In this document: piece by piece, positions 15,669 through 19,264 of the stretch
Position numbering within the stretch: position 1 is the stretch's first letter
How the letters are laid out: each line of letters opens with the position of its first letter
Source of the DNA: Gemmatimonadota bacterium
Lineage (GTDB): Bacteria > Gemmatimonadota > Gemmatimonadetes > Gemmatimonadales > GWC2-71-9
Direction: 5' to 3'
Assembly: GCA_039586365.1 (NCBI GenBank)
Contig: JBDHKN010000085.1
Location: 1 to 19,264 of the forward strand
Length of the DNA: 19,264 nucleotides
Position numbers and translations under genes: made by a program
The notes under the pieces: model-generated
What the model saw: the letters and a program-made list of their open reading frames with translations, nothing else
Databases searched by the model: none
Told to the model about the DNA's origin: nothing

Positions 15669-15703
15669 TATGACGAATCTGTCATTATGTCAAATCTGTC
15701 GTG
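15669..15703 (-). promoter_or_regulatory. Toxin-antitoxin promoter with two tandem imperfect palindromic operators
   Basis: TATGAC-GAATCT-GTCATT (15669-15686) and TATGTC-AAATCT-GTCGTG (15686-15703). On the minus strand, TTGACA (15688-15693) overlaps TGaCATAAT. No SD sequence precedes the ATG. Confidence 0.7.
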
Positions 15704-16226
15704 GTAGTCCGGGAGGACCTGAGCCCTGGGAGGGCGCGAGCCGCTCGGCGATGTCGCTACGATAGAGGTGCTCTGCACTGAGGCGACAACCATATTGCCG
15801 CAAGACTTGGCCAGCCTTTGCAGCGATATGTCCGCTATTTCCGGGAGTGAACTCCCGCACGGCCCCTGCGACACGAATCCGCACTTTCGCAGCAGACGTT
15901 CTCAGGCCGTGCGAGCACAGGGGGCGCTCGCAGCTTTCCACCTCGGCTTCCCCAATCCGGGCAAAGCCGCGTTTCACAATGCCGCCCCAAGTAGACCATG
16001 AACTGTGGACGGCCCCATACATGGCGAAGGTGAGATCCTCACTCTGCTCGAAGAGACTCAGAAAACCCTCAGCTTCTACATTGCTAGCAAACGCGATGAA
16101 GTCGTCGTCGAGACCCCTCACTTCCTGCTCGATCTCGGCTTTCTGCTCCTCGGTCAATTCTGTGGTGGCAGGTTGGCAAGCGGCCAGAAAGGTCAGGGAC
16201 AGTACTGAAAATACGAGACGGCGCAT
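15690..16226 (-). pseudogene. SnoaL/DUF4440-like lipoprotein, apparently 3'-truncated near 15930 with a read-through tail
   Basis: AGGAGG RBS, ATG at 16226, lipobox LAAC, then TELTEEQKAEIEQEV...FLSLF. After about 100 aa the sequence no longer resembles the NTF2 beta-sheet. Confidence 0.6.
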
Positions 16227-16477
16227 ACACTCCTCCTGTCTTTTTGGAGGGCGACTCCGAGACAACTGAAATATGAGGATGGTCGAGAACGTGGTAGGGT
16301 GAGATCCCGCGGCGTCGGTGAGCGGGATCAACACGTTGGTTGCTCGGCCTTGAGAACCAGCGTACCGCGCTGCAAGCTACCCTCTCGTCCTCCAGCCTCG
16401 ATAGCAGCCTCGGCGGGTGAGGGGCAGACAAACATGGAATCCATACGGAAGCAAACCCACGGAAGGGGAATCGTCCC

Positions 16478-17956
16478 ATGCATTCTCGAATATTCCTGGT
16501 CCCAGTTCTCATATGCCTCTGCACGGTGGTTGGCTGCCGGCAGCAGAAGGGCGCCGGCGAGGAGTTGGCCATGGCACTGGATAGCTACATCGAAGCTGTC
16601 ATGGGGCGGTTCGAGATACCGGGACTCACACTCGCCGTGACGCGGGGAAAAGGGGTTGTATACACCGGAGCGTTCGGTGTGCGAAGCCTCGATAGTGGCG
16701 AGCCTATGAGAGCTGACTATCTGTTCCACATGGCATCGGTCTCCAAGCCGTTCGTGGCCACAGCCGTTATGCAGTTAGTGGAACAGGGCAGGATGGAGCT
16801 CGACGAGCGCATCGTGACCTACCTGCCATACTTCGAGTTGGCCGATGAACGCTACGGAGAGATCACGGTGCGGCAGATGCTCAACCACACTTCGGGCATG
16901 CCCGATGTGGAGGACTACGAGTGGGACAAACCTCAGTACGACGAGGGAGCTGCCGAGCGTTACGTGCGCAGCCTGAAAGACAAGCAGATGATCGGCACGC
17001 CAGGTGAACTCTGGCGTTACAGCAACATGGCGTTCGACGCGATGGGGGACGTAATCGCCAAGGTCTCGGGCCGTCCCTTCGAGGCCTACGTCGACGAGAA
17101 CATTCTCGATCCACTGGGGATGAACGAGAGCAGCTTCTTGCACGCGGAGACATCGGAGCAACTGCGAACGACGGGACACGTGTGGCGGCTAGGGCCGGCA
17201 GTGAGCGAGGTCTATCCCTACAACCGGCGCCACGCACCCAGCTCGACGCTGAACTCCAGCGTGTTGGAGATGACGAAGTGGGCGTTCGCCAACCTGAACC
17301 GGGGCGAGCTGAACGGGGAACGGATTCTGACCGAAGAGAGTTACGAGACTCTGTGGAGTCCCTCCGCCCAAGTTGCCGAGGATCACCACGTCGGATTGAG
17401 CTGGTTCCTGGGCACCCACCGAGGCACTCGGACCGTTGGGCACAGCGGCGGCGACACCGGCTATAGTAGTGAGTTTGTGCTGCTGCCCGAGGAAGGTATT
17501 GGTGTCATGATGGCGAGCAACTACGACAGGACACCGATCGGCTCGATCCGTGACGGTGTGCTCGACATCCTGCTAGGATACGAGCCGACGATGCCCAAAC
17601 AGCAGGTCGGCATGGTGTTCGCCAAAATGTACACTGAGGAAGGACTCGAAGCCGCGAAAGATCTATACCGGAGGCTCGAGGCCGAGGCAGCAGAGGAGTA
17701 CATCTTCGGGTACCGTCAACTCAACATGGTCGGCGACTATTTCCTGAGCGAGAATCAGGTCGCCCAGGCTATCGAGGTATTCAAGTTCAACGTCCAACTC
17801 TTCCCCGACGTCCCCAACACCTACGACAGCCTGGGTGAAGCCTACATGGTGAACGGCTCCCGCGAGCTGGCCATCGAGAACTACCGCAAGGTCCTGGAGC
17901 TGGACCCCGACAGCAGGAACGCCAAGGAGAAGTTGGCGGAGTTGAGCGCTCACTGA
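16478..17956 (+). CDS. Serine hydrolase (class C beta-lactamase/PBP-like) lipoprotein with C-terminal TPR (492 aa)
   Basis: SxxK (ASVSK), LNHTSG, YSN and HSGG motifs; lipobox-like VVGC; TPR FPDVPNTYDSLGEAY...YRKVLELDP. Confidence 0.95.
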   Translation: MHSRIFLVPVLICLCTVVGCRQQKGAGEELAMALDSYIEAVMGRFEIPGLTLAVTRGKGVVYTGAFGVRSLDSGEPMRADYLFHMASVSKPFVATAVMQLVEQGRMELDERIVTYLPYFELADERYGEITVRQMLNHTSGMPDVEDYEWDKPQYDEGAAERYVRSLKDKQMIGTPGELWRYSNMAFDAMGDVIAKVSGRPFEAYVDENILDPLGMNESSFLHAETSEQLRTTGHVWRLGPAVSEVYPYNRRHAPSSTLNSSVLEMTKWAFANLNRGELNGERILTEESYETLWSPSAQVAEDHHVGLSWFLGTHRGTRTVGHSGGDTGYSSEFVLLPEEGIGVMMASNYDRTPIGSIRDGVLDILLGYEPTMPKQQVGMVFAKMYTEEGLEAAKDLYRRLEAEAAEEYIFGYRQLNMVGDYFLSENQVAQAIEVFKFNVQLFPDVPNTYDSLGEAYMVNGSRELAIENYRKVLELDPDSRNAKEKLAELSAH

Positions 17957-17968
17957 GGCTGACGTCGA

Positions 17969-17987
17969 GGGCGTGCTAGAGGAGGTT
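17969..17987 (+). repeat. Orphan duplicate of the RBS region of the next gene
   Basis: GGG(C/T)GTGCTAGAGGAGGTT at 17969-17987 and 18189-18207 (18/19). No start codon follows the first copy. Confidence 0.7.
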
Positions 17988-18210
17988 CGCTAAGTCTTCG
18001 ACGCACGCGAGCATCACTGCGCACTCTACCCAGCGATCACGCTAAGGGACTCGCCGGGCATAGACACGGACATCTGGAGGCCGCTACGTCTGAGGTGGCT
18101 GGTGCTGTCCTGATGTATGAGACTTTCCGTCCCTCCGAGCTCGGATCTACACTGGCGCGATCGCGTGACGTCTGGCAAAGATACAGGTGGGTGTGCTAGA
18201 GGAGGTTAAG

Positions 18211-18639
18211 ATGCGACGTAGTATGGCGTTGGCACCCTTGGCGCTAGCTGCCTGCATGTCTTCGAACCAGGCAGCGCCCGAGCACAGCACTTCTCTCACG
18301 GTCGACGCCAGCATCGACCAGGTGTTCAGCGCTTCCGTGGCAACGTTAGAGGCACAGGGATTCGAGGTCGAAATGGCGGAGCGTGAGGCGGGATACGTAA
18401 AGGCATCTCAGCCGTATGAGCAGATCACTTGCCTTGTCGCCGGCGAATGTGTCCGCCAGACTATGCTCGTATCTATCAAAGCGATAGACGGAACCTGTTC
18501 TCTCACGGTGAGTCCGCGCAACGAACGGGTCTTGCCGAACGGGAGCCGGACGACCTCCGGTATGGGCATGACGTCCCGTCTGGTCGACCTGGCCCGCAGG
18601 ATAGCCAGCCAAATCAAGACGGCCGCCGAGCGATCGTGA
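18211..18639 (+). CDS. Hypothetical lipoprotein (142 aa; helix-grip, DUF3568/BamC-like)
   Basis: GAGGAGG RBS, lipobox LAAC, and a DQVFSASVATLEAQGFEVEMAEREAGYV pattern. Confidence 0.75.
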   Translation: MRRSMALAPLALAACMSSNQAAPEHSTSLTVDASIDQVFSASVATLEAQGFEVEMAEREAGYVKASQPYEQITCLVAGECVRQTMLVSIKAIDGTCSLTVSPRNERVLPNGSRTTSGMGMTSRLVDLARRIASQIKTAAERS

Positions 18640-18651
18640 AGCAAGGAACGC

Positions 18652-18771
18652 GACCTTCCCCACACCCTTGAGCGTCCCCACGAAGAAGGTGTCTGCGGCC
18701 ACCAACTCGCCGGTAGCCTTGGTGTGGATGTGCCGCTCACGAAACTCTGGACTGTACCGCTCCAACAGACG
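18652..18771 (-). pseudogene. Internal fragment of an IS481-family transposase
   Basis: RLLERYSPEFRERHIHTKATGELVAADTFFVGTLKGVGKV includes the first catalytic Asp (DTF); truncated on both sides. Confidence 0.88.
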
Positions 18772-18825
18772 AGACGGACCTGGTTGAGGTCCGAATCCTG
18801 AAAGCGTGGGTCGCAAACATTCTTT

Positions 18826-18857
18826 AGCCCCGGGGGCGTCTCGCGGCGCTCGGGGCT
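18826..18857. repeat. REP-like palindrome, copy 3 of 3
   Basis: AGCCCCGGGGGCGTCTCGCGGCGCTCGGGGCT; matches 9402-9430 apart from two extra G. Confidence 0.8.
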
Positions 18858-18859
18858 TC

Positions 18860-18893
18860 ACGGGGCCGGGCGCGAGTTCGGCCCCGTTTGCTT
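18860..18893 (+). terminator. Second GC hairpin with a short T tract, possible terminator
   Basis: ACGGGGCCG (18860-18868) pairs with CGGCCCCGT (18879-18887), followed by TTGCTT. Confidence 0.4.
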
Positions 18894-19026
18894 ACTGCTT
18901 GACACCCAACCTGTCACGCCACCGACCAAGAAACGTAGCTTGGCAAACCCTACTGTGCTCTAGCCACGTTCAAGACTAGACGGCAGCTTTACGTCCTAAG
19001 TAGCGCAGCGGGATAGGTAGACGTCT

Positions 19027-19264
19027 TCCGAAGTTGCGCTCTAGCCGCCCCTTGGCCTGGGGAGAATGAGCTTGAATCAACGCGACGTTCAGTTCGGCCA
19101 GAGCCCTCCGGATGATGGACTCCGTACGCTTGGTCTCGCGCTCCTCCAACGGGACCTTGGAGACCGGGCGGATCCATTGACCAAAGTGGCCTGCCTTGTC
19201 GGTGTAGAAGGCCACAGGACGGCCCCAGCGGCGCAGATAGTCGATCACGATCTGTCGGTTGGCT
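19027..19264 (-). pseudogene. IS1202-type (ISNCY) DDE transposase core, 3'-truncated; the 5' part lies outside the window
   Basis: YLRRWGRPVAFYTDKAGHF...RALAELNVALIQAHSPQAKGRLERNFG. The expected continuation (T.QDRL) is replaced by unrelated sequence that stops at 18976. Confidence 0.9.

Noticed and set aside
15668..15695. dif-like site (TTATGTCAAAT matches a XerD arm at 10/11)
   Set aside because: The XerC arm does not match; the sequence is better explained as the TA promoter and operators.
16303..16329. Hairpin GATCCCGC/GCGGGATC between divergent genes
   Set aside because: Single 8-bp stem with no T tract and no second copy; no function can be assigned.
16478..17956. Antibiotic-resistance beta-lactamase
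   Set aside because: SxxK/YxN/HxG serine hydrolases with TPR tails are generic peptidases or esterases; nothing here supports a resistance call.
18999..19020. GTAGCGCAGCGGGATAG resembling a tRNA D-arm
   Set aside because: The stem does not pair and no anticodon or T-arm follows.

Overview
GC-rich bacterial window, probably Gemmatimonadota-like (an inference from the 'ALADRYxIERELGxGGMATVYLA' Ser/Thr kinase-TolB_N-TPR paralogues and the PD40-amidohydrolase). The left edge carries the 3' half of a tRNA-Pro(GGG) with clustered short repeats, which reads as the att boundary of a tRNA-integrated island extending to the right; no integrase lies in the window. The rest is a mosaic. Apparently intact genes: a kinase-TPR, a PD40-amidohydrolase, an ICMT-like methyltransferase, a HAD phosphatase, an outer-membrane beta-barrel, a HigBA-like toxin-antitoxin pair, a serine hydrolase-TPR and several small proteins. 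Fragments: a truncated kinase fused in frame to an Ntn hydrolase through a dead kinase start, two broken SnoaL/NTF2-like genes, an IS481 piece, an IS1202-type element split around about 5 kb of cargo, and a probable solo IS110 non-coding left end (bridge-RNA-like). Two patterns are not explained by the genes. First, promoter/RBS/start-codon leaders recur in several copies, some with no gene behind them. Second, a REP-like hairpin occurs three times, each at or near a mosaic breakpoint. No CRISPR array, rRNA or complete tRNA was seen. All family calls come from motif recognition without database searches.
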